DNA of 64,000 bases from Minisyncoccia bacterium (GTDB lineage: Bacteria > Patescibacteriota > Minisyncoccia > SW-4-49-11). Under the pieces are notes generated by a model. It was not told the DNA's origin. It ran no database searches and saw nothing but the letters and a program-made list of their open reading frames with translations. The translations under genes and the position numbers were made by a program. Within the stretch, counting starts at the first letter, position 1. Each line of letters opens with the position of its first letter. Shown piece by piece: positions 1 through 10,504 of this stretch. The stretch covers positions 4,735 through 68,734 of the forward strand of contig JBIKVS010000003.1 in the NCBI GenBank assembly GCA_044356725.1, read 5' to 3'.

Positions 1-176
1 TTATATTGAGCAACTTTAGTATTCAATTGTGTATAAGCTTGCTTGACGTCATCCAGGGTTTTCTTTTCATTAGCTAACATATAGCTATACATCCATAGAC
101 TATTTGTTTCGGCAATATAAACAACTCCTAATAATAGTGCTATAGAGATTAAAGTGTGAATTGGTTGTATTTTCAT
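1..176 (-). CDS. Partial small bitopic membrane protein, FtsL-like candidate; the ORF runs off the left edge of the window
   Basis: ATG at 174-176 (minus strand), 4 nt after the rsmH stop. Translation MKIQPIHTLISIALLLGVVYIAE... has one TM helix followed by a charged coiled-coil-like tail. Its position right after mraZ-rsmH matches the canonical dcw order. Confidence 0.3.
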   Translation of the reverse strand, partial: MKIQPIHTLISIALLLGVVYIAETNSLWMYSYMLANEKKTLDDVKQAYTQLNTKVAQY

Positions 177-180
177 ATAG

Positions 181-1080
181 TTAGATTTTTTCAATTATAC
201 GGAGTTTGGCAGATCTAGATCTTGGATTCGCGCCCAATTCTATCTCAGATGGGGTAATAGGTTTTTTGGTTAAAATATTTACAAAGCCTTGAGCTTTCCA
301 TTCACGAAAAATATTTTTTACAATTCTATCCTCTCCAGAATGAAAGGACACGATTACTAATCTACCAGATGAATTAAGTAAATTCAAAGAAGAAGCCAAG
401 AGAGAATTCAGAGCTCCTATTTCATCATTAACTTCCATTCTTAAAGCCTGAAAAACTCTAGTGGCTGGATGAATTGATCTTTTTAAAAATTTAGAGGGCA
501 CAATAGATAAAATTAAATTTACTAATTCTGTAGTTGTAGCAATATTTTTCTTTTTACGCCCCTCTACAATTACTCTAGCAATTCTCCCAGAAAAAGGCTC
601 GTCACCCAAATCTCTAAACAAATTATATAAATCTTCCTGCGAATATGAATTCACAATATCTGCTGCAGTAATAGCATCAGAACTAGTATCGAAGCGCATA
701 TCTAGCTGAGCATTATCTTTAAAACTAAACCCCCTAGAAACATCATCTAATTCCATAGAAGATAAACCTAAATCCGCAACAATACCGTCGACAGAGTTGA
801 TTCGCAATTCTGACAATACTTGTTCAATTAATCTAAAATTGCTATGTTTTAAAATAATTTTACCCTCACTAATCTGACTAGATAATCTCTGTTCAACCAA
901 ATCTAAAGCAGACTTATCAGCATCAATTCCAATTACCTTACCAGACCCTAGCTGCCCTGCAATCAACTCAGTATATCCACCAAAACCTAAAGTAGCATCA
1001 ACATAGATCCCATTCGCACGAATAGCTAAACCTTGTATTGCTTCATCTCTTAGTACTGGAATGTGTTTTACATCAGACAT
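181..1080 (-). CDS. rsmH: 16S rRNA (cytosine1402-N4)-methyltransferase RsmH/MraW
   Basis: N-terminal HIPVL motif, SAM-binding region and FHSGEDRIVK motif, lying immediately downstream of mraZ. Confidence 0.9.
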   Translation of the reverse strand: MSDVKHIPVLRDEAIQGLAIRANGIYVDATLGFGGYTELIAGQLGSGKVIGIDADKSALDLVEQRLSSQISEGKIILKHSNFRLIEQVLSELRINSVDGIVADLGLSSMELDDVSRGFSFKDNAQLDMRFDTSSDAITAADIVNSYSQEDLYNLFRDLGDEPFSGRIARVIVEGRKKKNIATTTELVNLILSIVPSKFLKRSIHPATRVFQALRMEVNDEIGALNSLLASSLNLLNSSGRLVIVSFHSGEDRIVKNIFREWKAQGFVNILTKKPITPSEIELGANPRSRSAKLRIIEKI

Positions 1081-1082
1081 AT

Positions 1083-1514
1083 CTATACCCCTAAATCTGC
1101 TAACTGCTCTGCAATTTCTCCAGATTCTGCTTCTGTCCTTTCTTTATAAGTCTGCCACTCAGATTCATCCCAAATTTCTAATCTATCAAACAAGCCTGTA
1201 ATTACAACTTTTTTTCCTAAATTAGCATACACTCTCAGATAATCTGGTAAGACAATTCTACCCTGTTTATCCAGAGTCACATCCATAGCTCCAGCCAACA
1301 TCAACCTACTAAAGGCCCTATTATTATTACTGCTAATTGGTAATTTACTCAATTTTGTAGCTAATTCTTTCCAAGACTCATAAGTATAAACCCAGAGGCA
1401 ATTATCTAAACCTTTGGTAACAACAAGGCCAGCTCTCAAATCTTCTTGAAATTTTTTTGGAACGGCAAGCCGCCCCTTATCATCAATATTATGGCTATAT
1501 TCACCTATAAACAT
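1083..1514 (-). CDS. mraZ: Transcriptional regulator MraZ
   Basis: 143 aa, begins MFIGEYSHNIDDKGRLAVP with duplicated MraZ-type halves, upstream of rsmH. Confidence 0.85.
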   Translation of the reverse strand: MFIGEYSHNIDDKGRLAVPKKFQEDLRAGLVVTKGLDNCLWVYTYESWKELATKLSKLPISSNNNRAFSRLMLAGAMDVTLDKQGRIVLPDYLRVYANLGKKVVITGLFDRLEIWDESEWQTYKERTEAESGEIAEQLADLGV

Positions 1515-1673
1515 ATTTTATTCACCATTTATTTCCATTTACTACCACTTTTCACCATTATACACATATTTTATTCCATTGTCAAATCAATTTTAGGTAT
1601 AACTTATAAAAGTAAAAGACCCTAAGTTTGTTTTTAGGTTTTTTATTCTAAATTATAATATAAACTTATTATT

Positions 1674-2333
1674 TTATAATTTAGGCTTTAAAATATTTTT
1701 ACAAAAAGTAGTACGATGTATATCTGATAGACCATAATGTTTAATGGCCTCAATATGTTCTTGAGTGCCATAGCCTTTATGTTTTGAAAAACCATATTGA
1801 GAATATTGAATATTACATTGAGTCATTAGATTATCTCTATAAACTTTGGCATATATAGACGCAAGTGCAATACTAAGATGCTTATTATCTCCTTTAATAA
1901 CAGCTTGATGTGGATATTCTATCCCAATAGGGATAATATTGCCATCAATTAAAATTCCAACTTTAGATTCAAGTGGTAACTGTAGTAGACACTGCTCTAA
2001 AGCATCTAGCCAAGCTATTTTAGTAGCCTCTAATATATTAATAGTATCGATGGTATTGGCTGATATAGTACCTAAACCAATTGGATATTGATTTTGTATA
2101 ATATCATATATAGCTTGTCGCCTTGTTGCAGTTACTTTCTTAGAATCTTGAGTGTATTTAAGTGGAGACTGTTGCCAGATTTCAGCAAACAAATTATTTA
2201 GACTCAAGGCTATAGCTACTGCTACTACTGGACCAGCTAAAGTACCTCTACCAGCTTCATCTATTCCAATAATATAGTCTAATTGCCATTTATTTATATA
2301 TAATTTATCTCCTTCTTGTAAATTGGATATCAT
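1674..2333 (-). CDS. rnhB: Ribonuclease HII
   Basis: GIDEAGRGTLAGPVV catalytic motif typical of RNase HII; 219 aa. Confidence 0.85.
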   Translation of the reverse strand: MISNLQEGDKLYINKWQLDYIIGIDEAGRGTLAGPVVAVAIALSLNNLFAEIWQQSPLKYTQDSKKVTATRRQAIYDIIQNQYPIGLGTISANTIDTINILEATKIAWLDALEQCLLQLPLESKVGILIDGNIIPIGIEYPHQAVIKGDNKHLSIALASIYAKVYRDNLMTQCNIQYSQYGFSKHKGYGTQEHIEAIKHYGLSDIHRTTFCKNILKPKL

Positions 2334-2334
2334 A

Positions 2335-2832
2335 TTACAAAACTTTCAACTCAGTAAAAGCTTGTTTATAAATAATCATAGCCTGTTTAGCTTTATTCTC
2401 AGTCAATACAAATTCTGTGGTATGAACTAGATGATTTCTAAGTCTATGCACTTGCCACACATTATCTATGCTAGGAAGTTGTGAAACCGGAATAGCTTTG
2501 AGCCTCTCACCCATTGTAGAGCCTGGTATAGTTAATTTTTTCAAAACTGTGTCTAATAATTTATCTGCTTCTATAACCGCTAATTTATAATTAGCTTCGT
2601 CACCAGAATCTAATCTGTTGATAATCTTTTCCCACTCTTGGGTCACTTTGAGACTATGATCTAATCCTACTTCTGGAACTTTACGAAATCCAATAAATAT
2701 ATTATATATTTTTTTCTGCCAAAAATCTGTCTTGATAGCTAAATATATGATCAAGACGAACATTACCCAAGATGCTATTCCTGATATAATTTGTACCAAT
2801 AAAAAGATATTATTGATTATCGAATTTATCAT
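2335..2832 (-). CDS. Hypothetical membrane-anchored protein
   Basis: 165-aa ORF with an N-terminal TM helix, translationally coupled to neighbours; no recognisable motif. Confidence 0.4.
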   Translation of the reverse strand: MINSIINNIFLLVQIISGIASWVMFVLIIYLAIKTDFWQKKIYNIFIGFRKVPEVGLDHSLKVTQEWEKIINRLDSGDEANYKLAVIEADKLLDTVLKKLTIPGSTMGERLKAIPVSQLPSIDNVWQVHRLRNHLVHTTEFVLTENKAKQAMIIYKQAFTELKVL

Positions 2833-4264
2833 ATCTTATATTATCTATAGCTTGAGCTAAAGTTAGTAGTTTTTGTTCTTGAAAATGATTACTCATTAAT
2901 TGGAATCCTATTGGAAGTCCTGCATTAGATAAAGTAGGCACTGAAATACCTGGTATTCCTGCTAAGTTAGTAGCTACTGTGAAGATATCTTCAAGATACA
3001 TAGAAACTGGGTCATTGATTTTCTCTCCAATATTAAAGGCCGTATGTGGACTAGTTGGAGTAATAATAGCATCTACTTCTTTGAAGACATTGACAAAATC
3101 TTGTCTAATCATATTCTGAACTTGTTTAGCCTTACCATAATATGACGAGTAATATCCACTAGATAAAACATAAGTTCCCAACATAATTCTTCTTAAAGGC
3201 TCATTCCCAAATCCTTTAGCCCTACTAGCTCGATATACTTCTTGTAAATCTTGAGAATTTTGTAATTCAGATAATCCATATCTAATCCCATCAAAACGGG
3301 CTAAGTTAGTACTAACTTCAGCTGGCATAATAATATAATAGGTAGGAACTGCATATTCTGTATGAGGTAAACTCACTTCTACAAATTCTACTCCTAAAGT
3401 CTTATAAGTTTGTATAACTTCATCAATCGCTTTTCTGACATTCTCATCAATACCATCTATAAAATATTCTTTTGGAATACCAACTCTCATACCCTTAACA
3501 TTAGATTCCCTAATTTTATCAATATCCAAAAGTTGACTTGTCTCTAACTTAGCAGAGGTAGCATCCATATCATCCTTACCTTCTATTGCTTGTAGGATAT
3601 AAGCTGTATCAATGACTCTATGAGCAAAATGTCCAATTTGGTCTAAAGAAGAGGCCATTGCAATTAAACCAGATCTAGAAACTCTTCCATAAGTAGGTTT
3701 TAGACCGACTACTCCTGTAAGTGAAGCTGGCTGCCTAATTGAACCCCCTGTATCAGATCCAATTGAAATTACAGCCATATCCCCAGACACACTGGCAGCA
3801 GAACCTCCTGAGGAGCCTCCTGGAACTCTATTTGTATCAGCTGGATTACGAGTAGCTCCAAAGGCAGAGTTCTCAGTAGATGCCCCCATAGCAAATTCAT
3901 CTAAATTAGTTTTACCTATAAAGATTACACCTGCTTCTTTTAATTTAGTAATAACAGTAGCATCGTAAGTAGCTGTATAATCCTCTAACATTCTAGAGGA
4001 AGCGGTTGCTTTATATCCTTCAATTAGAATTGCATCTTTGACTGAAATTGGAATGCCTTCTAATAAACCTAATTTTTCTCCACGAGCTAATTTGGAATCA
4101 ATAGTTTCAGCCTGTTTTAAGGATTCTTCTCCAAAAACTTCAGTATAAGAATTGATTTCTTTATCTTTAGATTGAATAGTAGCCAGTATGTCTTCTACTA
4201 CTTTTGTGACGGTAGTATTGGATTCTATATAAGACTTATGGAGTTGTTCTATAGATGGTAGCAT
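2810..4264 (-). CDS. gatA: Glutamyl-tRNA(Gln) amidotransferase subunit A
   Basis: Amidase signature GGSSGGSAA...GSDTGGSIRQPA; 484 aa; lies directly downstream of gatC. Confidence 0.9.
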   Translation of the reverse strand: MLPSIEQLHKSYIESNTTVTKVVEDILATIQSKDKEINSYTEVFGEESLKQAETIDSKLARGEKLGLLEGIPISVKDAILIEGYKATASSRMLEDYTATYDATVITKLKEAGVIFIGKTNLDEFAMGASTENSAFGATRNPADTNRVPGGSSGGSAASVSGDMAVISIGSDTGGSIRQPASLTGVVGLKPTYGRVSRSGLIAMASSLDQIGHFAHRVIDTAYILQAIEGKDDMDATSAKLETSQLLDIDKIRESNVKGMRVGIPKEYFIDGIDENVRKAIDEVIQTYKTLGVEFVEVSLPHTEYAVPTYYIIMPAEVSTNLARFDGIRYGLSELQNSQDLQEVYRASRAKGFGNEPLRRIMLGTYVLSSGYYSSYYGKAKQVQNMIRQDFVNVFKEVDAIITPTSPHTAFNIGEKINDPVSMYLEDIFTVATNLAGIPGISVPTLSNAGLPIGFQLMSNHFQEQKLLTLAQAIDNIRYDKFDNQ

Positions 4265-4268
4265 ATTG

Positions 4269-4559
4269 TTATTTTTTCAAAACTGATTTAACTACTAAAT
4301 ACCCTTCTTCTACTAATGGCATTTCTTGGATAATATTTTCTTTAATATTAGAGCTAAATCTTGGATTATTATCTAAAGCAATATCTTCTCTTAGAGATTG
4401 AGTATGATAAGTGGGAATAGTTTTAGCTTCTAAATCTAGAGAAGTTAAAGTTGTGACATAGTCTAAAATATTACCAAAATCTTGAGTTAACATATTATGT
4501 CTTTCCGAAGAAAGGTTAATATGAGCTAATTTAGCAATAGTACTAACATCGTAATCCAT
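4269..4559 (-). CDS. gatC: Glutamyl-tRNA(Gln) amidotransferase subunit C
   Basis: 96 aa with a GatC-like profile (LRED...EEGYLVV) and a position 5' of gatA. Confidence 0.7.
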   Translation of the reverse strand: MDYDVSTIAKLAHINLSSERHNMLTQDFGNILDYVTTLTSLDLEAKTIPTYHTQSLREDIALDNNPRFSSNIKENIIQEMPLVEEGYLVVKSVLKK

Positions 4560-4562
4560 ATT

Positions 4563-5582
4563 TTAATCTTTCAATAATAATTTGAATTCTTCTACCATAT
4601 CTACTGGAGTAGGGTCAATCCCATAAGCTAAAGCCAGATAATAAGCAGTCCAGTCACCAATTAGAGTCATAGCGACTAAATTAGCTAATTTATTACCAAA
4701 ATCTGGGATAACTATATTGCTTACAGCCAAACCTCTACTTTCAAATAATTGTGTTAGTTTTTCAAATCTCTTAATATTGCGAGAAGTTTCTACTTCATTT
4801 TGTAAAAATATAAACTGAAATTCAGCCTGTGGATTTGTAAATCCTAACATTTCATTATGATTAAGTTCTGGTATATAATTCCAAAAACAAGGAGTTTTGG
4901 CATTCTCATTAATCTTAATTTTCCATAAATGAGCTGATAATTTATACTCACAAGTAGCATATATAACTGGAGTTTTACCTTTGATTAATGAGGCTAACAC
5001 CTCCCCTTGAGATTCAAAATCTTGTGGCTTAACTGAGCTAACTAGACTTACAACTTTTTCTCTAGCACTCTCTGATAATACTCCAAATTTAATTAACACC
5101 TCAATAATTGCTTTTAGAATATATAAAGTAGCATATCTTGGCTGAAAATCTGGACTTGGATTTGGGATTATTACATAAGGTTGATTTAGTTCTCGAGCCC
5201 TATCAATTAAAGCTCCTCCTGCAGCTATGGCAATTACTACTCTATTCTCAGCTATAGCATTTTCATAAGCTGATAGTGTTTCCTCGGTATTACCAGAATA
5301 ACTAATAGCCAATATTAAAGATGTATCTGTAATATACTTTGAGCTATTATAATCTCGATTAATATGCACAGGATACAAACTCCCATCTTCGGTATATTGA
5401 GAGAAGGTTTCGGATAATAATTCAGCTGGCAGTGCTGATCCACCCATACCATTGATAATGATATTGTTAAATTTTGATTGTATTGTTTCTGGTAAATTCT
5501 CAATACTATAGTCATAGTTAATCTGATCTACAGCCTCTAGTATTACCTGTCTTAAATTATATTTATCTAATGTATTATTCAT
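4563..5582 (-). CDS. SIS-domain bifunctional phosphoglucose/phosphomannose isomerase-like protein
   Basis: GMGGSALPAELLS motif and SIS-fold features typical of the archaeal/bacterial PGI/PMI family. Confidence 0.55.
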   Translation of the reverse strand: MNNTLDKYNLRQVILEAVDQINYDYSIENLPETIQSKFNNIIINGMGGSALPAELLSETFSQYTEDGSLYPVHINRDYNSSKYITDTSLILAISYSGNTEETLSAYENAIAENRVVIAIAAGGALIDRARELNQPYVIIPNPSPDFQPRYATLYILKAIIEVLIKFGVLSESAREKVVSLVSSVKPQDFESQGEVLASLIKGKTPVIYATCEYKLSAHLWKIKINENAKTPCFWNYIPELNHNEMLGFTNPQAEFQFIFLQNEVETSRNIKRFEKLTQLFESRGLAVSNIVIPDFGNKLANLVAMTLIGDWTAYYLALAYGIDPTPVDMVEEFKLLLKD

Positions 5583-5630
5583 ATATTGTCTATATTTTGG
5601 ATTGTACCTATTTAGTATAGCACAGAATTT

Positions 5631-7946
5631 CTAAAAAGCTACCTTGAAGACGTCATCAAAGTTTTCAGCTAGAACAAAGTTAATATCCTGTTTTACATTG
5701 GATGGGATTTCGTCCAAATCAGATTTATTTGCCTTTGGAATGATAATAGTTTTAATACCAGCTCTATGAGCTCCCAAAACTTTATTTTTAATTCCACCAA
5801 TTTTAAGAGCTTTTCCTCTAATATTAATCTCTCCAGTCATTGCTACAGTTCTCTTAACCTTTTTCTTAGTTAAGGCTGAGAGAATAGAGGTGGCTATGGC
5901 AAGCCCAGCTGATGGACCATCCTTTTGTACTGCTCCGGAAGGAAGATGAACATGCACAGTGTGAGATTTTAGAATTTTCTCATCAATATTATATTTCTTA
6001 GTATTGGCTTTGAGATATGAGAAAGCTGCTTGAACAGACTCCTGCATAACCTTAGTAGCATTACCGGTTACTTGCAAATTTTCTTCCCCTTTAAATAGAT
6101 TAGTTTCTATAAATAGAATATCTCCCCCATAAGGATGCCATCCTAGACCAGTTGAAACACCAACTTCATCTTTTTGATTAATTCTACTTTCCTCATATTT
6201 CTCACCCTTGAGATATGTCTCAAGATTTTCAGGCTTTATAGTCAGATTAAACTTTTTATCTCCTTGTAATAGATACTCTTTGGCAACTTTACGAGCAATT
6301 TTATATAATTCTCGCTCAAAACTTCTAAGTCCCGCTTCAAAAGTATATTTAGTAATAATAGTCATTATAGCAGAATCTGTGAATTTGAGATTTTTTTCCG
6401 TAATTCCACTTTTTTTCAAGACTCTAGGAATAAGATATTTTTTAGCAATATTAAGTTTTTCTAAATCAGTATAACCACTAAATTCTATTATTTCCATTCG
6501 GTCAAATAGTGGTTCTGGTATTGAACCTAAATCATTAGCTGTTGTGATGAAAATAATATCTGACAAGTCATATTCGGTGTCTAAATAATGGTCAACAAAA
6601 GCATTGTTTTGAGCTGGATCTAATACTTCTAATAATGCAGCTGATGGATCTCCTCTAAAGTCTGATCCTAATTTATCTATCTCATCCAACATAAAGACTG
6701 GATTAGTAGTTTGTATATTACGAAGACCCTGTATAATTCTACCTGGCATAGCCCCAACATAGGTACGACGATGTCCTCTAATCTCAGTTTCATCTCTGAC
6801 TCCTCCCAGAGAAACTTTCACAAATTCTCTACCTGTGGCTTTTGCTATTGACTCTCCGATTGAAGTTTTACCTGTCCCTGGAGGTCCATAAAAACACAAA
6901 ATGGTACCTTGTGGTTTTTTGGTTAATTGCTCTACAGCTAAATACTCTGTAATTCTCTCCTTAGCTTCATCTAAACCATAATGCTCTTGCTCCAAAATTG
7001 CCTCAGCTTCTATAATATTTCTCTTAACTCTAGCTTTTTTATGCCAAGGAATACTTACTAATACTTCTAGGTAATTCTGTATATATGAGCTTTCTGGTGA
7101 AAATGGAGGCATTTTTTCTAAACGAGATAGCTCATGCATAGCTTTTTTAGAGACTTTAGCAGGCATTTTAGCTAATTTAATTTTTTTCTTTAATTCAGCA
7201 TATTCTCCTTGGTCTGGACTAACTCCTAGCTCTTTTTCAATAGCTTTCATTTGCTCTCTTAACATTGCTTCTTTAGCAAATCTACCAACTTGTTTTTGAG
7301 TCTCTTTCTGTACCTTCTGACCAACCTCTAATATTTCTCTTTCCTTGGTGATATAAATATTAATATGCTTTAATCTTTCTACTAAATTAATATTCTCTAA
7401 TAAATCTTGTTTCTCTGAATTTTTGATAGATAAAATAGAAGTAATCAAGTAGGATAAAGTCACCGGATCAATATTATCATTAATAATTTCATTCATAACT
7501 GAGAGTGGTATTGATACCCCCATATTAACAATGTCTCTAAAGATATTAGTAATATTTCTAACTAAAGCCTCTACTTCTACATTAGATTCATATTGATTCT
7601 GTTTTAATACACTATAATGAGCTTTAAAACCTAAATCTGTATCATCAATTTGATGAATTAAGACAGGCTCCAAACCTTCCACCAATACTCCGGTAGGACC
7701 TTCAGGCATTCTCCAAACGCGAATAATTTTCCCAACTGTACCAACTCTATATAAATTTTTAGGAGTAATATTATGATCATCAGTTCTTTGGAATACAAAT
7801 ACTGGATTAATATCATTATCCATTGCATCATTTAATGCCAAAAGAGATTGTTCTCTCTCAAAAATCAAAGATACTACCTCATTTGGAAATAAGACTTTAT
7901 TCTTTAATGCAATGAGAGGGACTACTTTTACTAATGTATCTTTCAT
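5631..7946 (-). CDS. lon: ATP-dependent Lon protease
   Basis: LON N-terminal domain, Walker A GPPGTGKTS, and the S16 protease active-site region PKDGPSAGLAIATS. Confidence 0.9.
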   Translation of the reverse strand: MKDTLVKVVPLIALKNKVLFPNEVVSLIFEREQSLLALNDAMDNDINPVFVFQRTDDHNITPKNLYRVGTVGKIIRVWRMPEGPTGVLVEGLEPVLIHQIDDTDLGFKAHYSVLKQNQYESNVEVEALVRNITNIFRDIVNMGVSIPLSVMNEIINDNIDPVTLSYLITSILSIKNSEKQDLLENINLVERLKHINIYITKEREILEVGQKVQKETQKQVGRFAKEAMLREQMKAIEKELGVSPDQGEYAELKKKIKLAKMPAKVSKKAMHELSRLEKMPPFSPESSYIQNYLEVLVSIPWHKKARVKRNIIEAEAILEQEHYGLDEAKERITEYLAVEQLTKKPQGTILCFYGPPGTGKTSIGESIAKATGREFVKVSLGGVRDETEIRGHRRTYVGAMPGRIIQGLRNIQTTNPVFMLDEIDKLGSDFRGDPSAALLEVLDPAQNNAFVDHYLDTEYDLSDIIFITTANDLGSIPEPLFDRMEIIEFSGYTDLEKLNIAKKYLIPRVLKKSGITEKNLKFTDSAIMTIITKYTFEAGLRSFERELYKIARKVAKEYLLQGDKKFNLTIKPENLETYLKGEKYEESRINQKDEVGVSTGLGWHPYGGDILFIETNLFKGEENLQVTGNATKVMQESVQAAFSYLKANTKKYNIDEKILKSHTVHVHLPSGAVQKDGPSAGLAIATSILSALTKKKVKRTVAMTGEINIRGKALKIGGIKNKVLGAHRAGIKTIIIPKANKSDLDEIPSNVKQDINFVLAENFDDVFKVAF

Positions 7947-7955
7947 ATAATCAAT

Positions 7956-8309
7956 TTAGGAATTAACTTTAAAATAAATGGCATAATCTTGGTCTACAAA
8001 CTCACAAAACTCTGTAATATATTTATGTACTAATTCGTAATAATCACTAATTTCTAACTTTTCTTTAGCTACAACATACAGCATTTCAGGAGAATCAAAA
8101 TATTTATTGATAACTATAGGATTATGTAATATAGAAAATATTTTTTCTTTATCTATAGCCTCTAACTCAAATTCACTATCAGATTCCCAATCAAATTCTT
8201 CATCTTGCCATATAGCTGGGTCTATATCAGTCAGTCTAGTATGAGACAAAAATACATCTGTCACTCCGTTCGAAGGGTCTTCTAGAATATGAAAACTCAT
8301 TACTTTCAC
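7956..8309 (-). CDS. Hypothetical acidic protein
   Basis: 117-aa ORF tightly coupled to lon; no recognisable motif. Confidence 0.35.
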   Translation of the reverse strand: MKVMSFHILEDPSNGVTDVFLSHTRLTDIDPAIWQDEEFDWESDSEFELEAIDKEKIFSILHNPIVINKYFDSPEMLYVVAKEKLEISDYYELVHKYITEFCEFVDQDYAIYFKVNS

Positions 8310-8378
8310 TATTGTACTCTTATACTCATATGGTATACATTATATCTTATATTAAAGGATAAGACAATAGCTCTTCAA

Positions 8379-9188
8379 TTAATTTTGCTTTTGTAGCCTA
8401 TGAGATATATCTTTCACCCTACGACTGGCCAAAGTGTCATTTGGCTTTAATTTTAATACATATTGAAAGGCTTCTAAAGCATCTTTATAGTTTCTAATAT
8501 CGACATATAGATCACCTAGCTTTTTATATGCTTCTATATCTTTTGCATTAGCAACAATTCTATCAATATATCTTTTTTCCATATATTCATAATAATATGT
8601 ATCTGATATATCATCTGAGTTAACATCAGATATTGCATCTACTTCAGATAGTAATTGTTCTACAAAGTCAGTAGCTTTAGTCTCTGGATTTATAACTTCT
8701 TTTACATTTTCAGGTGTAGAATCGACTTTATTATCTGTAATATTAGCTCCACCAAGATTCTCTACTTCAAATTGAGAAGTATCTATTTCTGTTGCAATAT
8801 TCTCCTTCTTTTGATTAGCTTCCAATTCCTGCTCTTCTAAATCTCTCTTAATAGCTTCTTGTATAGCCTTTTCTTTTGCCTTAATTTTTTCAATCTGCTT
8901 TTGTTTATACTGAATACCAATTTGATTTATTTTCTGCATTTGTAGATTAAAAAATTGATATATTTTACCCATCAAAACAGCAAATTGAATTTTAGACTTA
9001 GATTCATAGCTATTATCATCTACCAACTGGTCAGCTTCTTGAGGAATAGAATTAAAGTCTGTAATAGCCCCCTCTGATTCATATATTTCGGTCTCTATAT
9101 CTGAGACATTAGATAGTTTTTTAATTAAAAAAAACAATCCTACACTTAAGAACACTATTAAAATGACAATAATTATAGCCGTTGTCAT
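8379..9188 (-). CDS. Membrane-anchored protein with coiled-coil and a C-terminal TPR-like region
   Basis: N-terminal TM helix, a KE-rich coiled-coil, and a TPR-like C-terminus (AYKKLGDLYVDIRNYKDALEAFQYVLKLKPND). Confidence 0.45.
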   Translation of the reverse strand: MTTAIIIVILIVFLSVGLFFLIKKLSNVSDIETEIYESEGAITDFNSIPQEADQLVDDNSYESKSKIQFAVLMGKIYQFFNLQMQKINQIGIQYKQKQIEKIKAKEKAIQEAIKRDLEEQELEANQKKENIATEIDTSQFEVENLGGANITDNKVDSTPENVKEVINPETKATDFVEQLLSEVDAISDVNSDDISDTYYYEYMEKRYIDRIVANAKDIEAYKKLGDLYVDIRNYKDALEAFQYVLKLKPNDTLASRRVKDISHRLQKQN

Positions 9189-9216
9189 AGCTTATTTAAT
9201 TGAAATTAATTTAAAT

Positions 9217-9669
9217 TTACAAAGATATTTTCTTGAAAGACTTAATTTGAATATTTTCACCCAATACTCCAATTTTGCTCTTTAATAATTCTGCAATTGT
9301 AAGATTAGAATCTTTAATATAGCTAGAATCTAATATATCCTGAATTGTTGCATCTTCTGCAATCATAGCTGTAATATGCAATGCTATGTTTTGAGCTAAT
9401 TCTCTAAAATCATCATTACGAGCAACAAAGTCAGTCTCACAAGCTAAGGCAACTAAAGCAGCTGTCTTTCCATTATGTACATAAGTACCAATAAATCCCT
9501 CACCTGTTTCTCTATCAGCTTTTTTCTCAGCTTTTTCAGCATATCTAGATTGTAATAATTCTTTCGCTGCTTCAAAGTCTCCAGATGATTCTTCCAAAGC
9601 TTTTTTGGCATCCATCATCCCAGCACCTGTTATTTGTCTTAACTTAGCAACGTCTTGAGCAGTAATCAT
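9217..9669 (-). CDS. tsf: Elongation factor Ts (short form)
   Basis: N-terminal UBA-like EF-Ts signature ITAQDVAKLRQITGAGMMDAKKAL; downstream of rpsB. 150 aa is short for EF-Ts. Confidence 0.8.
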   Translation of the reverse strand: MITAQDVAKLRQITGAGMMDAKKALEESSGDFEAAKELLQSRYAEKAEKKADRETGEGFIGTYVHNGKTAALVALACETDFVARNDDFRELAQNIALHITAMIAEDATIQDILDSSYIKDSNLTIAELLKSKIGVLGENIQIKSFKKISL

Positions 9670-9674
9670 AATTG

Positions 9675-10412
9675 TTATTCTTTATTATTAGATTTATTGT
9701 CTGTAGCTAGAGCGACTCTTTTAGATTTTGCTTCTGTAATCGTTTGAGCTACTAGACCATAAATATATTGGATTGAACTAATAGCATCATCATTAGCAGG
9801 AATTACATAATTGACTAGTTCAGGATTAGCATTAGTATCGGCTAAAGCAATAACTGGAATATTCAAATCTCTAGCTTCCTTGATAGCCAAAGAATCTTTC
9901 ATTATATCTTGTACAAATACCGCTCCAGGCAATCCTCTTAAGTCTTTAACCCCTGCAAAAATCTTATTCCCTTTTTCTACTTTGTCTGAGAAAACTTTTC
10001 TTTCTTTCTTAGTATAAGCTTTTAACTGATTAGCTTCTAACTTTTCTTCCAATACAACTAATTGTTTCACTCTCTTATTGATAGCTTTGAAATTGGTAAA
10101 TATTCCCCCTACCCATCTTCTAACCATATATGGCATACCTGTTTCATCGGCAATACTTCTGACAATAGGAATAGCCTGCTTTTTGGTAGATACAAATAAA
10201 ATATCTTTTCCTGAAGCTACAGTTTCAGAAATAAAGTCAAGAGCAGTTTCTAACTTCTCTTTAGTAGTATTAAGATCTATGATATGGATAGAGTTTTTAC
10301 TTCCATAAATATAGTCTTTCATTTTTGGATGCCATTTGGATGTATGATGTCCAAAATGTACACCTGCTTTTGCCATATCTTCAAGAGAAATTGTGGGGCG
10401 TGTATTTACCAT
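9675..10412 (-). CDS. rpsB: 30S ribosomal protein S2
   Basis: Begins MVNTRPTISLEDMAKAGVHFGHHTSKWHPKM, a typical S2 N-terminus; sits in the rpsB-tsf arrangement. Confidence 0.9.
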   Translation of the reverse strand: MVNTRPTISLEDMAKAGVHFGHHTSKWHPKMKDYIYGSKNSIHIIDLNTTKEKLETALDFISETVASGKDILFVSTKKQAIPIVRSIADETGMPYMVRRWVGGIFTNFKAINKRVKQLVVLEEKLEANQLKAYTKKERKVFSDKVEKGNKIFAGVKDLRGLPGAVFVQDIMKDSLAIKEARDLNIPVIALADTNANPELVNYVIPANDDAISSIQYIYGLVAQTITEAKSKRVALATDNKSNNKE

Positions 10413-10504
10413 AGCTATTGTTAATTATTACTAAGTATATAAATTAAGTATATTATATATTAATTATACTACATTTTATAATATAAATCAAGTGTATGTG
10501 TAGG

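Noticed and set aside
5315-5515. 66-aa minus-strand ORF nested within the PGI-like gene, in another frame.
   Set aside because: It is fully contained in a longer, better-supported ORF on the same strand, and its translation is a low-complexity Ile/Leu-rich artefact.
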